The notes under the pieces were generated by a model. It searched no databases. It was not told the DNA's origin and saw nothing but the letters and a program-made list of their open reading frames with translations. Shown here piece after piece: positions 1-10,277 of a DNA stretch of 64,000 nucleotides (its first letter is position 1; each line of letters opens with the position of its first letter). Both the position numbers and the translations under genes were made by a program. The stretch is taken from the NCBI GenBank assembly GCA_964548115.1, contig CAZJPQ010000015.1, positions 3,923 to 67,922 of the forward strand. Direction: 5' to 3'. The stretch is from an uncultured Planctomycetaceae bacterium. Its GTDB lineage: Bacteria > Planctomycetota > UBA8742 > UBA2392 > JABWBM01.

Positions 1-231
1 AGCCAGCTCGTAAATTCTTTTGTTGATGTAAACTTCTGATCTTTGTAATGATTTCAGGCTCACCCTCTGAAGCCCTGATAACTTCGTCAGCTCCGGATCG
101 TCTCAGCTTTTTATGCCTGGATTGAGCAGGGCTATCCGTGATGACGACAAACCTGGTTTTTCGATATGATTTATGAATCCAGCTGTAGATCTGACTTAAA
201 TAAGACTCTTCTAATTTCTTGTCAAGCTTGC

Positions 232-1650
232 TTAAGTTGACTTCTTCTTTTTATTTCTCTTAAGCTTGTATAAAACCTTACCTCGCTTTTTGCCCTTTTG
301 TTTCCGCTCTTTATGGGCTGATGCAACTGCTGAAGTATCTGACTTCTTATCTTTAAGAGTAGCGTAATTCTTAAAAGCAGCTAAAGGCTTATACCTTTTA
401 TCAGGATCAAACCCCTGGATCTCCTCAAGTGGTTTTTCCTCGATGCTTCGCTTGCCTTGTTTCATAATGCTTTTGATGACTGGCACTTCTTCATCACTCA
501 CAAGGCTGATGGACTGACCACCGCGACCAATACGAGCTGTCCTGCCAACACGATGGACATAATCAAGTGGATCTCGGGTAAGCTCAAAGTGACAGATAAA
601 ACCTAAACGTGGAATATCAAGACCACGCGCTGCAAGATTCGTAGTTATAATTCCATCAATTGCTCCACGCTTCAAAGCCTTAAGAACAGCTTCTCGTTCC
701 GACTGCTCTTGCTTGCCATGAAGAGCACGAAGCGAAAACCCCTGATTTTGGAGGAAGCTTTCAAGCTGCAAAGCACGACTGCGCGTCTTCACAAAGATAA
801 GTCCTTGAGACTGCTTTAAACCACTCTTCTTGCCCAGGAGTCCTTGAAGCAAAGCACTTAAAAAATAAGGTTTTGCCTTTGGATTAACTCGAAAGAAACT
901 TTCTTCTAACTGCTTTGGAACTTGGGCAAGGGGTGAGACCTCAAGTAAAACCGGGTCCTTTAAGATATCTTGAGCCCATTCACGCACAGAGGCTTCAAGA
1001 GTTGCGGAAAAAAATAACGTCTGGCGCTCTGGCCGCAAAGCGCGCAATAACCGCCGAACATCACCATAAAATCCCATTTCAAGCAAGCGATCTGCTTCAT
1101 CAAGCACCACAAAAGAAATCCGCTCCAGCATGACTTCTCTTTTAAGCACCATCTCTACCAACCTCCCAGGAGTCGCAATCAGAATCTCCGGAGGTTTCGA
1201 AAGCCGCTTTCTTTTTATATTACCACCTATACAAAGCAGTGAACGAAAATCTAAAGTTCCCTGTAAAAGTTGAGTCATCTCTTGAATCTGAATCGCAAGC
1301 TCTCGTGTTGGAGCTAAGATTAAAGCCTGAGGAAAGCTTTCTTGCGATCGAGAAGAAGTCCTTTGCTGTCGTAAAGCTTCGAGTCTCATCAGCATGGGCC
1401 AGATAAATGCTGCGCTTTTCCCGCTGCCGGTCTCTGCCCTTACCAAGAGGTCTTTCCCCGCAAGGCTATGGGGCAAACTCAAAGCTTGAACCGGTGTTGG
1501 CTCTGTAAATCCTGCTTGCGAAAGAGCTTTAAGCAGGGTTGGACTCAAAGAAAGCATCCTAAAGTGCTCCAAGGCTTTCTTAGATTTCTCAGGAGGACCC
1601 TTCACTTGCTTCTTCTTAGAAATCTGCTCTGGAAAATGACGAGGCTTCAT
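232..1650 (-). CDS. DEAD-box ATP-dependent RNA helicase with lysine-rich C-terminal tail
   Basis: Motif I AETGSGKS, DEAD box VLDEADRLLEMGF, SAT motif, motif VI HRVGRTARIGRGG. The C-terminal ~40 aa are K-rich low complexity. A 179-nt upstream region is consistent with a long 5' UTR. Confidence 0.9.
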   Translation of the reverse strand: MKPRHFPEQISKKKQVKGPPEKSKKALEHFRMLSLSPTLLKALSQAGFTEPTPVQALSLPHSLAGKDLLVRAETGSGKSAAFIWPMLMRLEALRQQRTSSRSQESFPQALILAPTRELAIQIQEMTQLLQGTLDFRSLLCIGGNIKRKRLSKPPEILIATPGRLVEMVLKREVMLERISFVVLDEADRLLEMGFYGDVRRLLRALRPERQTLFFSATLEASVREWAQDILKDPVLLEVSPLAQVPKQLEESFFRVNPKAKPYFLSALLQGLLGKKSGLKQSQGLIFVKTRSRALQLESFLQNQGFSLRALHGKQEQSEREAVLKALKRGAIDGIITTNLAARGLDIPRLGFICHFELTRDPLDYVHRVGRTARIGRGGQSISLVSDEEVPVIKSIMKQGKRSIEEKPLEEIQGFDPDKRYKPLAAFKNYATLKDKKSDTSAVASAHKERKQKGKKRGKVLYKLKRNKKKKST

Positions 1651-1829
1651 ACGTTATCTTTTTAGAAAATGCCAGTTGTTATAATCTTTGTTCACGCCCA
1701 TCAGAAAAAGTGAAGGCTGGGGTTATATCACAAATAAAACAACCCCGAATACAAGGAAAGGCATTTTTAGCCTGCGATTTTTCAAGACTGAAAATAACTC
1801 TCCTCAATTATATATGGAAATAAATCGAA

Positions 1830-3449
1830 CTAACTTGAAAGCCCAGCCTTTGGACTTGCAGGAGTAAGCATACCGAGGGAAAAATCAAAAGGATCTCGCT
1901 CTTGAAAACTTGCCATCAGCTCTGCTCCCCACTCAGGCCACAACCCTAACCAACTGAGCTGCCGTTCCTGGGCTATGTAATGAGGCATCAGCCAGCGAGC
2001 ATGCTCAAGAAGCTTTTCCTCATCTTCAATCGGTAAAGCTAAAATCCGTCCCTTGAGTTCAGCAAATGACTTATCGATACCCTTGGTAATATGCTGTATA
2101 TCTGATTCAAGCGGTCGAGCAAGCAACCCCAACTCTTTTTTAAAGCCCTCAAATAAAAAAGCCAGTTCATTCTGAGTCTCACTGAGTGCCGCAGCTCTTT
2201 CCCGACTTTGAGATAAGCCCGCGTAAAGCTTTTTACGCATAGCTTCAACTTCAGAAGGAGCCAGGTCTTCAAAACTTAAAAGATAAGACCAACGTGGTAA
2301 GAGCAAAGGCATCGGAATTGCATTATGCTCAAAAAGCAACCGCAAAGCTCCATGATAAGCTATTTCAGAAGGGCCAACGAGGGATGCCAAAACAGGCAAA
2401 CAAGCACCCTGGATTACCGGCCTGAGCCTCACTCCCGCAGAAAAACGCTCCGGATGATGATGAAGCTCGTGAAGCATGGCCCGTTTGGAAAGAGATTCTG
2501 GACGCTCATCAATCGAAAATTCTCCACCTGAAAAAAGCACATGTCGACGCTTTCCACGATTTATGAAGAAAAAGTTAGCATAGGGAGAGTTTTCAAGAGT
2601 CGGCCTAAACCCTTTAGAAGCTTGATCGAGCAACTGAAGCTGAACAGCCTGACGATTTGATTTTCCCTGCAAAACCTCTATTTCCATGATTCGCTTATAA
2701 GCTTCAAGAGAGCGCAGCAAACGGGGCTCCAGTACAACAAGCCCTTGAGATCCAAAAACCTTAAGCAGCAAAGCATTGATTGCACGCCCAAAGCTTTTCC
2801 CACTGGCAAGCTGAAGAAGTGTTTTTATCTCCTGGTTCAAAGTGCCACGGTTCTCAAAATAAGCTCTGAGTTCTTTGAAAGCAGCATGCTCAAGATCTGG
2901 AAGCTCTAGCTTTTCAAGTGGTTTTACTCCACCGGATTCAAAACCAGGAATACGCAAAGGTCGAAAACGCTTTTTCTGATTCAAAATGCCAAAACGATTC
3001 ACCTCATCGATATCGTGGTCCTCGCTTGCAGCCCAGAAAACAGGAACAACCTTAAGGCCTGCCTCACACAACTTCTTTGCCAACGCTAAACAATGGGCAA
3101 CCTTATAAAGAAGAAGTAATGGCCCTCCTGCAATGGTTGGTTGCTGACCTGTTACAACGACAAAAGTATCCGAATCTTTGAGCTTTTTTGCTGCACTAAG
3201 TGCTGCGGCTGGGGCACCAAGGGAACGCATGTAGCTTTGAAGCTTCGCTGAGAGTTTGGAACGTTCCAAATTTTGGAAACTGGGATGCCCCTTCAGCTTT
3301 TCAGCCTGTGCCAGCAAATCTTCAAGCTTACGATAATCACCTTCGTAAAAATCTTGAGCACTCTCAAAATCTGATCGATAAGCCTGAGTCAGACTTTTAG
3401 GATCAGAATTCAGTAAATCCTCAGGAACGAGTTTATGGAAGTCTGTCAT
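1830..3449 (-). CDS. bshC: Bacillithiol biosynthesis cysteine-adding enzyme BshC-like protein
   Basis: 539 aa. Block TFVVVTGQQPTIAGGPLLLLYKVAHCLALAKKL...VVPVFWAASEDHDIDEVN matches the BshC signature VGGQQAGLLTGPLYTIHKI...IPIFWVAGEDHDLDEIN. HELHHHPERFSAGVRLRP matches the BshC HMEEHPERFS block. Length is typical for BshC. Confidence 0.72.
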   Translation of the reverse strand: MTDFHKLVPEDLLNSDPKSLTQAYRSDFESAQDFYEGDYRKLEDLLAQAEKLKGHPSFQNLERSKLSAKLQSYMRSLGAPAAALSAAKKLKDSDTFVVVTGQQPTIAGGPLLLLYKVAHCLALAKKLCEAGLKVVPVFWAASEDHDIDEVNRFGILNQKKRFRPLRIPGFESGGVKPLEKLELPDLEHAAFKELRAYFENRGTLNQEIKTLLQLASGKSFGRAINALLLKVFGSQGLVVLEPRLLRSLEAYKRIMEIEVLQGKSNRQAVQLQLLDQASKGFRPTLENSPYANFFFINRGKRRHVLFSGGEFSIDERPESLSKRAMLHELHHHPERFSAGVRLRPVIQGACLPVLASLVGPSEIAYHGALRLLFEHNAIPMPLLLPRWSYLLSFEDLAPSEVEAMRKKLYAGLSQSRERAAALSETQNELAFLFEGFKKELGLLARPLESDIQHITKGIDKSFAELKGRILALPIEDEEKLLEHARWLMPHYIAQERQLSWLGLWPEWGAELMASFQERDPFDFSLGMLTPASPKAGLSS

Positions 3450-3647
3450 AGAATCTCATAAGATAAAAAAACTCATACTTCTTTGATAAAGCGATCCACT
3501 TCTCGTTATAAACTCTTCACTATAAAGACTAAGAAGCCTGAAGCGATAAAGAAAGTTTTTTCTCTTCGTAGCGTAGTATGATGGTATAGTGCCCACTTGT
3601 CTTCAGTTTTTTAATGAAACAACAGCCAAACACAAAGGAATTCTTTC

Positions 3648-6347
3648 ATGAGCGCATCTTCCTCAACAAGCCAGGATAGTTTTGGAACCCTTTCAACGTT
3701 TACCCTTCAAGGCAAGGAATATCACTACTCAAGCCTTAAAGCGCTTAGCGAAAAAACTGGCAAAAACCTTGATCATTTGCCTCTCAGTCTCCGTGTACTC
3801 CTTGAAAATCTCTTACGGAACGAGGATGGATCTTCCGTTGATCAAAGACATATCGAAGCCTTGTTAAACTGGGATTCTCAAGCTGAGCCCAGTGTTGAAA
3901 TCGCTTATCGGCCTGCCCGTGTCGTTCTCCAAGATTTTACTGGGGTACCCTGTGTGGTTGATCTAGCAGCCATGCGGGAAGCTTTTCAGCAGCTGGGGGG
4001 AGATCCTGCTCGTATTAATCCCCTACAGCCTGTCGATCTTGTGATCGATCACTCTGTACAGGTTGATGCTTTTGGCCGCGAAGATGCCTTTAGCCAAAAC
4101 GTTCAAAAAGAATATCAACGCAACCAAGAACGCTATGCTTTTTTACGTTGGGGGCAACAAGCTTTCGAAAATTTCCGAGTTGTGCCTCCAGGCACAGGTA
4201 TTGTTCACCAGGTAAACCTTGAGTACCTGGCCCATGTGGTTTTTGAACATCAACAAAACGGCAAGCTTTGGGCCTATCCTGACACCCTCGTTGGAACAGA
4301 TTCCCATACAACTATGATTAATGGTCTTGGAATTCTTGGCTGGGGTGTTGGCGGCATCGAAGCTGAAGCTGCAATGCTTGGTCAACCTATCTCGATGCTC
4401 ATTCCTCAGGTCGTAGGCTTTGAATTTACAGGAAAATTGCAGGAAGGAGCTACTGCCACAGACCTTGTCCTCAGAGTTGTGGAAATGCTGCGCGAGCTTG
4501 GTGTTGTTGGAAAATTCGTAGAGTTTTTCGGGGCTGGACTTTCGAACCTGACACTTGCTGATCGAGCTACGATTGCCAATATGGCTCCTGAATACGGAGC
4601 AACCATGGGCTTCTTCCCCGTTGACAACGAAAGCCTTGAATACTTACGCTTTACTGGTAGAGATGCTGCAAAACGCGAACTGGTTCAAGAATACCTTACT
4701 CGCCAGGGGCTTTTCCACACCCCAGATTCAGCAACCCCTGAATACACCACAACCCTCAAACTTGACCTGGCAGAGGTTGAACCAGCAATTGCAGGTCCAA
4801 AACGCCCTCAAGACCGTATTGCCTTACACTCAGAACAAGGATTCTTTGAAAAGAGCCTACCAAAAATAGCAAAAGAACGAACGATTATCCAAAAGCAAGA
4901 ACTCGAACTTGATGGAGAAAAGCTTGAACTTGAAGATGGTTCTGTTGTTATTGCTGCCATCACCTCGTGCACGAATACTTCAAACCCAGCAGTTTTAATG
5001 GCTGCAGGCTTAGTAGCAAAGAAAGCCTGTGAACTTGGTCTTCAGCGTAAGCCTTGGGTAAAAACAAGTCTTGCCCCAGGCTCCCAAGTTGTAACGGATT
5101 ACCTGCAAGCTGCAGGTTTGATGGAACCTCTCCAAAAGCTGGGCTTTCACCTCGTTGGATACGGCTGCACAACCTGTATTGGAAACTCTGGTCCCTTGCC
5201 AGAAGCTATCAGCAAAGCAATCGATGCAGGAGACCTTGTTGCCACCAGTGTACTTTCTGGAAACCGCAACTTTGAAGGCAGAATTTCTCCTGATGTGCGG
5301 GCAAACTATCTCGCAAGTCCTCCTCTCGTTGTGGCCTATGCGCTGGCTGGCGACATTAAAAAAGACATCTTCTCCGAACCCATTGGGGAAGGAACAAACG
5401 GGGCTGTTTATCTCAAGGATATCTGGCCATCAAATCAAGAAGTTCAAGCTGCCATTACATCAGTTTTACAGCCTGAGATGTTCCAAAAACGCTATGGAGC
5501 AGTATTCGAAGGTGATCAAAACTGGCAGAATATGCCAACACCAAAAGGTAAACTTTTTGATTGGGATGAAAATTCAACCTACATTCGCAAGCCTTCCTTC
5601 TTTGATGGACTGGGACCTGAACCGGAATCTCCACAGGATATCCAGGGCGCGCGCGTTCTGGCGCTCTTAGGGGATTCGATTACGACAGACCATATTTCCC
5701 CTGCTGGAGCCATCAGCTCAGATGGCCCTGGCGGCCTCTATCTTAAGGAAAAAGGTGTAGAGCCTTTGTTATTTAATTCCTTTGGCTCACGACGAGGCAA
5801 CCATGAAGTGATGGTACGCGGAACTTTTTCAAATATTCGCCTTAGAAATCAACTGGTTCCTGGAGTTGAAGGTGGCTATACCAAACACTTTCCGGAAGGC
5901 AAGGAACTTTCTATTTATGATGCAGCCCTGCAGTATAAAAGCGATGGCGTTCCTTTAATCGTGATTGCAGGAGCTGAATATGGAACTGGGAGTTCCCGTG
6001 ACTGGGCAGCGAAGGGAACACTTCTTCTCGGCGTGCGGGCAGTTATTGCGAAAAGCTTTGAGCGTATCCACCGTTCAAACCTGATTGGAATGGGAGTCTT
6101 ACCCCTGGAGTTCCAGGCTGGAGAGTCTGCTGAAAAACTTGAACTTCAAGGCAATGAGACCTATCAACTCCAAGGACTTGCTGAAGCTTCAGGACCAAAC
6201 TTCAGCGTTCAGATTACGGCTCAATCAGTCGATGGCTCAACAAAAAGCTTCCAGGCTCAAGCCCGGATTGACACCCCTGATGAATTTGCCTACTGGAAGC
6301 ACGGCGGAATTTTACAATACGTTTTACGGAGCTTGAAAAACGCCTAG
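3648..6347 (+). CDS. acnA: Aconitate hydratase A (aconitase)
   Basis: 899 aa. Conserved aconitase motifs GTDSHTTM, CTNTSNP, SGNRNFEGR and the C-terminal swivel domain are present. Confidence 0.95.
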   Translation: MSASSSTSQDSFGTLSTFTLQGKEYHYSSLKALSEKTGKNLDHLPLSLRVLLENLLRNEDGSSVDQRHIEALLNWDSQAEPSVEIAYRPARVVLQDFTGVPCVVDLAAMREAFQQLGGDPARINPLQPVDLVIDHSVQVDAFGREDAFSQNVQKEYQRNQERYAFLRWGQQAFENFRVVPPGTGIVHQVNLEYLAHVVFEHQQNGKLWAYPDTLVGTDSHTTMINGLGILGWGVGGIEAEAAMLGQPISMLIPQVVGFEFTGKLQEGATATDLVLRVVEMLRELGVVGKFVEFFGAGLSNLTLADRATIANMAPEYGATMGFFPVDNESLEYLRFTGRDAAKRELVQEYLTRQGLFHTPDSATPEYTTTLKLDLAEVEPAIAGPKRPQDRIALHSEQGFFEKSLPKIAKERTIIQKQELELDGEKLELEDGSVVIAAITSCTNTSNPAVLMAAGLVAKKACELGLQRKPWVKTSLAPGSQVVTDYLQAAGLMEPLQKLGFHLVGYGCTTCIGNSGPLPEAISKAIDAGDLVATSVLSGNRNFEGRISPDVRANYLASPPLVVAYALAGDIKKDIFSEPIGEGTNGAVYLKDIWPSNQEVQAAITSVLQPEMFQKRYGAVFEGDQNWQNMPTPKGKLFDWDENSTYIRKPSFFDGLGPEPESPQDIQGARVLALLGDSITTDHISPAGAISSDGPGGLYLKEKGVEPLLFNSFGSRRGNHEVMVRGTFSNIRLRNQLVPGVEGGYTKHFPEGKELSIYDAALQYKSDGVPLIVIAGAEYGTGSSRDWAAKGTLLLGVRAVIAKSFERIHRSNLIGMGVLPLEFQAGESAEKLELQGNETYQLQGLAEASGPNFSVQITAQSVDGSTKSFQAQARIDTPDEFAYWKHGGILQYVLRSLKNA

Positions 6348-6438
6348 ATTGAAAACAAAGATTCATAGCTCTATATTCAAATCTGTGAATCTTATACACA
6401 CACAAAAGTTTTTATTTTGACCTTAAGGAAAGAATAGT

Positions 6439-6933
6439 ATGGCTGAACACGAACAAAGAAAAGGCATGGATGTCCTGGGAAAAGTTGCTTCTGGTCTTTA
6501 CATTATGACCTGTCGTGGAGCAGAACAAAATCACGGCTTACTTTTGAGCTGGGTTACCCAAGCTGGCTTTGAACCCCCAGCCATTAGTCTTGCCGTCAAA
6601 CAGGATCGTCCAGTTGTGCGAGATCTCAAGCCCGGCTTACTCTTTGGAATCAATCTGCTTGCTGCAGATGATACTGAGAGTAAAACGCTCCTCGGACACT
6701 TTGCCAAAGGTTTTCCCATTGGGGAAGATGCTTTTGTCGGCCAGGAACTTGGTCAGGGAGAAGCTGGTGCGCCCTATCTTGAAAAGGCTTTAGGCTATCT
6801 TGAATGTCGCTTATTGCGAGTGCTTGAACCGAGCACTGAACATAATATCGTTATTGGTGAAGTCGTTGGTGGGCGTATGCTCAAAGAGGGAAGCCCCTGG
6901 ATTCATTTACGCGCTTCGGGAACTTCTTATTAA
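6439..6933 (+). CDS. Flavin reductase-like FMN-binding domain protein
   Basis: 164 aa. Pattern GLYIMTCRGAEQNHGLLLSWVTQAGFEPPAISLAV is typical of the Flavin_Reduct / DIM6-NTAB family. It sits 91 nt downstream of acnA and 73 nt upstream of the NuoEF-like gene on the same strand. Confidence 0.7.
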   Translation: MAEHEQRKGMDVLGKVASGLYIMTCRGAEQNHGLLLSWVTQAGFEPPAISLAVKQDRPVVRDLKPGLLFGINLLAADDTESKTLLGHFAKGFPIGEDAFVGQELGQGEAGAPYLEKALGYLECRLLRVLEPSTEHNIVIGEVVGGRMLKEGSPWIHLRASGTSY

Positions 6934-7006
6934 TGGAAGCCTAACAAGAGTTTTTCGAAAGCCCTTTTTCTGAAACGTATGGCTTGATGCAAAAAGAGAG
7001 TAAGCT

Positions 7007-8830
7007 ATGTCGCATAACTTGATTGCTTTGCAAAATAAGTTTCTTGGACTCGGTGAAACTTTATACGACAAGCTTTCTCAACACTATGAAGCAGAAGGTA
7101 TACTTTCAGACCAACGGCTTGCTGAACTCGCAGAAACATTTCACCTGCCTCCGCAGCACGTTCGTTCCGTGGCTCGCTTTTATGAAGAACTCAGTCACAA
7201 TCAACCAGCAAAGCAAACCATTAAACTCTGCAACGGAGAGGCATGTCGTGCTGCAGGCTGCCAAAAATCTTTTGAAAACCTGAGCACAAGACTTGGAGTT
7301 CAAAAAGCCGGCGACACTTCTGAGCAAGGCATACGTTTAGAACACGTTGCTTGCCTAGGCTACTGCGGGCTTGGTCCAAACGTCATGGTCGATCAGCAGG
7401 TCTTTTCACTTGCTCAAGAAGAAAACCAACACTGTTTAGAAAGATTCTTGAAAGATGATGCAACACCCTTGCCAGAAGAACCAATAAATCCCATCTTTTT
7501 TCCTCCAGAAGAGAAGCCTCGAATTGTGATGAGGCATTTTGATAAGGATGTTATTAGTCTTAAAGCGGCTCAAAAGGCCGGTATTTACAAGGCTCTTGAA
7601 AAATCTCTTCGTTCTATGGAACCAAATCAAGTCATCCAGGAAATAAAGCAAAGCCAGATTCGAGGACGTGGTGGCGCAGGCTTTCCCAGCGGCATAAAAC
7701 TTGAGACTGTTGCAAACGCTGAATCTCAGGGGGTCATCCAGCATGATTTAGCCGTAGGAGCAGACGTTAAGAAACAATCAGAACCACAAAACCCAATCGC
7801 AGCCTCAAAGAAGTTCGTAGTCGTTAATGCCGATGAAGGGGATGCTGGAAGCTATATTGATAAAGAAATTATGGAGCGTGACCCCCACTCGCTGATCGAA
7901 GGAGCTTTACTCGCTGCTTACGCGACCGGAGCCGAAGGCATTTTCTTTTATGTACGTTTTGAATACCCACGGGCTCTCAAGCGTTTACAGCAAGCAGTGG
8001 AAGAAGCTCAAAGTGCTGGCTTGATTGGAAAAAGTATTCTTGGTTCGAATTTTTCCTGTCAGATCAAAATCGTGAAGGGGCAGGGGGCCTATATTTGTGG
8101 AGAAGAAACCAGCCTTTTGCGTTCCCTTGAAGGGCTTCCGGCTCAAGTCAGCCCTAAACCTCCATTTCCTGCTATTGAGGGGTTATGGGGGCGCCCAACG
8201 GCTGTTAATAATGTCGAAACTCTGCACAATTTCCCCTGGATTGTTGAGCATGGTGGCAATGCTTATGCCCAATATGGCCACGATAAAAGCCGTGGGACGA
8301 AAGCCGTAAGCTTGAATACACGAGTTAAAAACCCCGGCTTTTATGAGGTTGAGTTAGGCACAACCCTGCGAGAACTTATCTTCGAAATCGCAGGGGGCAT
8401 GCAGCCAGGGCAAGAATTCAAAGCCGTACAGGTTGGGGGGCCTTTAGGGGGCATCTTCCCTGAAAGCCTCCTTGATACTCCCCTTGATTTCGAAGCTATG
8501 AATCAAGCCAAAGGACTGCTCGGCCATGCCGGAATCGTCGTTTACAGCATGGAAGATGATCTTGTTCAAATTGGTCGAGGCCTGATGGAATTCTGCGCTA
8601 TTGAAAGCTGCGGGAAATGCTTTCCCTGCCGTATAGGTGCTGTTCGAGGAACAGAACTTTTTGATCAAATTATTGAAAAAGGCCCAAGCCAAAAACGCCT
8701 GGACCTGATGGCTGAGCTTTGTGAAACCATGAAATACGGCTCACTCTGTGCCCTTGGCGGTGCGATCCCAACCCCAATTGAAAATTTAATGGAATTCTTT
8801 CCAGAAGAATTTTCCCGCTATAACTCTTAA
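7007..8830 (+). CDS. NADH dehydrogenase flavoprotein, natural fusion of a NuoE-like 2Fe-2S domain and a NuoF-like domain (HoxF / FdsB-type architecture)
   Basis: The N-terminal ~170 aa carry thioredoxin-like 2Fe-2S cysteines (CNGEACRAAGC, CLGYCGLGPN). They are followed by the NuoF FMN/NADH site RGRGGAGFPSGIK, VVNADEGDAGSYIDKEIMERDPH and the 4Fe-4S motif CGKCFPCRIG. Confidence 0.85.
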   Translation: MSHNLIALQNKFLGLGETLYDKLSQHYEAEGILSDQRLAELAETFHLPPQHVRSVARFYEELSHNQPAKQTIKLCNGEACRAAGCQKSFENLSTRLGVQKAGDTSEQGIRLEHVACLGYCGLGPNVMVDQQVFSLAQEENQHCLERFLKDDATPLPEEPINPIFFPPEEKPRIVMRHFDKDVISLKAAQKAGIYKALEKSLRSMEPNQVIQEIKQSQIRGRGGAGFPSGIKLETVANAESQGVIQHDLAVGADVKKQSEPQNPIAASKKFVVVNADEGDAGSYIDKEIMERDPHSLIEGALLAAYATGAEGIFFYVRFEYPRALKRLQQAVEEAQSAGLIGKSILGSNFSCQIKIVKGQGAYICGEETSLLRSLEGLPAQVSPKPPFPAIEGLWGRPTAVNNVETLHNFPWIVEHGGNAYAQYGHDKSRGTKAVSLNTRVKNPGFYEVELGTTLRELIFEIAGGMQPGQEFKAVQVGGPLGGIFPESLLDTPLDFEAMNQAKGLLGHAGIVVYSMEDDLVQIGRGLMEFCAIESCGKCFPCRIGAVRGTELFDQIIEKGPSQKRLDLMAELCETMKYGSLCALGGAIPTPIENLMEFFPEEFSRYNS

Positions 8831-8845
8831 AATAACAGTATAAGT

Positions 8846-9355
8846 TTAGCCAAGATAATGAACCAACTCTTGTTCAAGGGCTGTAATTTCAGATCCACTA
8901 AGCTTCGGAACAAAAATCTCATAGTGCTGAACTTTTTTGCCACGGGTGCGCACAGCTAGACACCCATGACTAGAGTTCTCCGAATCGTCTAAAGAGACGA
9001 GCTCTTTAAGACGAATCAAAGCAAGTGTAACTAAATAAAGAATCTTGAGAAGCTTTTCGACTTCAGCTTCTTCTCCCCCCTCCTCAGACTTTCGAGCGAA
9101 AACATGATGGAAAATCTGCCATAAAGCATCACGATCTTTAAGAAGAGAAGGTCTTTGTAGATTAAAAATTGAAGTCCAATGGCAGCGAAAATCGCTTGGG
9201 GATTGCTGTGGCCAACATTGAAGACAAATATCTCGACGCTCAAACACACCCTCTTCCCTCGTTACACTAAGGGCAACCATAAAACTTTCATTTTCTTGAA
9301 AAGAATGATCACAGATTGTACACTGGCTTGAGGGTTTTTGGATTTTGATATTCAT
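8846..9355 (-). CDS. Hypothetical zinc-ribbon protein (two CxxC pairs)
   Basis: 169 aa with CTICDHSF...CLQCW cysteine pairs near the N-terminus. No recognisable catalytic motifs. Convergent with the NuoEF-like gene. Confidence 0.4.
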   Translation of the reverse strand: MNIKIQKPSSQCTICDHSFQENESFMVALSVTREEGVFERRDICLQCWPQQSPSDFRCHWTSIFNLQRPSLLKDRDALWQIFHHVFARKSEEGGEEAEVEKLLKILYLVTLALIRLKELVSLDDSENSSHGCLAVRTRGKKVQHYEIFVPKLSGSEITALEQELVHYLG

Positions 9356-9473
9356 AGGTGGTTCATTTTTCTTAACTTATCTGCCTTAGTATAGACTCTT
9401 TGAAAATCGGCATTGAAGAGCTGATCGCTGAAGCACAAGCTGAAACTTTCTTCATACTTTGCAATCTCAGGGG

Positions 9474-10049
9474 TTAGCGCACAAGGTGTTGACCAGGGGT
9501 TAAATCACCTGGGCCTGAATCCATGGGCTGATCAGGAATACCACTACCCGTCTGATGCCAACGCTGGGCATTCTTGACATAAGAACGAGCACGCCAAAGG
9601 TTGTGTTGATACTCCTCTTCACTCACCTCACGAACAACCTTACCCGGTAAGCCCATTACAAGACTCCGAGCTGGAATCACCTTGTTCTCTGGGACCAGTG
9701 CGCCAGCAGCAATAATCGACCCTTCACCAATTTGAACTCCGCCCATAATAATGGCATGCATGCCGATTAAAGTAGCATTCCCAACGGAGCTGCAATGCAC
9801 AATCGCATGGTGCGCAATTGAAACATCATCACCAATTTCAAGAGGAACATTAGGGTCAACGTGCAAACACGCAAGGTCCTGAATATTCGTACGCTCTCCT
9901 ATAATGATGGGCGCAATATCACCCCTTGCAACCGTTCCAAACCAAAAATTTGAATCCTTACCAACGCGAACATCATCAACGACAATCGCGTTACTCGCTC
10001 GATACCACCCCCCAGGCATCAATTCAAGAAAAGGCTTTTCCTGCTTCAT
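9474..10049 (-). CDS. Gamma-class carbonic anhydrase / hexapeptide-repeat (YrdA/PaaY-like) protein
   Basis: Left-handed beta-helix hexapeptide repeats (IGERTNIQDLACLHVD, IGDDVSIAHHAIVHC, IGMHAIIMGGVQIGEGSIIAAGALV). Start placed at the internal ATG (MKQEKPF) preceded by AAGGATAC. The longer annotated ORF start lacks an RBS. Confidence 0.8.
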   Translation of the reverse strand: MKQEKPFLELMPGGWYRASNAIVVDDVRVGKDSNFWFGTVARGDIAPIIIGERTNIQDLACLHVDPNVPLEIGDDVSIAHHAIVHCSSVGNATLIGMHAIIMGGVQIGEGSIIAAGALVPENKVIPARSLVMGLPGKVVREVSEEEYQHNLWRARSYVKNAQRWHQTGSGIPDQPMDSGPGDLTPGQHLVR

Positions 10050-10277
10050 GATGTATCCTTTTGCTTTAAAATTCATTATCCCATGATACTTATCCAAGGA
10101 AAGCTTACTAAGCTGAATTTTGGCGTCTATTGAATCTTCGATTAAAAACGAAAAACAAACCAAGGAGGCATTGTGCCTCCTTGGTTAAAACAAAAGAATA
10201 CATCAAGCTTCTTATTTTTTGTTTTTAAGTGTTATTCTGACTCATAATCTCAAATCTAAACCACTGGCAACCCATCA

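Noticed and set aside
1-231. Minus-strand reading frame downstream of the helicase stop that stays open to the window edge (…NLSKLDKKLEESYLSQIYSWIHKSYRKTRFVVITDSPAQSRHKKLRRSGADEVIRASEGEPEIITKIRSLHQQKNLRAG)
   Set aside because: No ATG, GTG or TTG start codon exists in this frame, or in any frame, between the helicase stop and position 1. A start would have to lie inside the helicase coding region. This is most likely non-coding 3' flank or a gene beginning outside the window.
4090-5670. Multiple 60-170-aa ORFs on both strands inside acnA
   Set aside because: They are fully embedded in a gene with unambiguous aconitase motifs. They are typical shadow ORFs.
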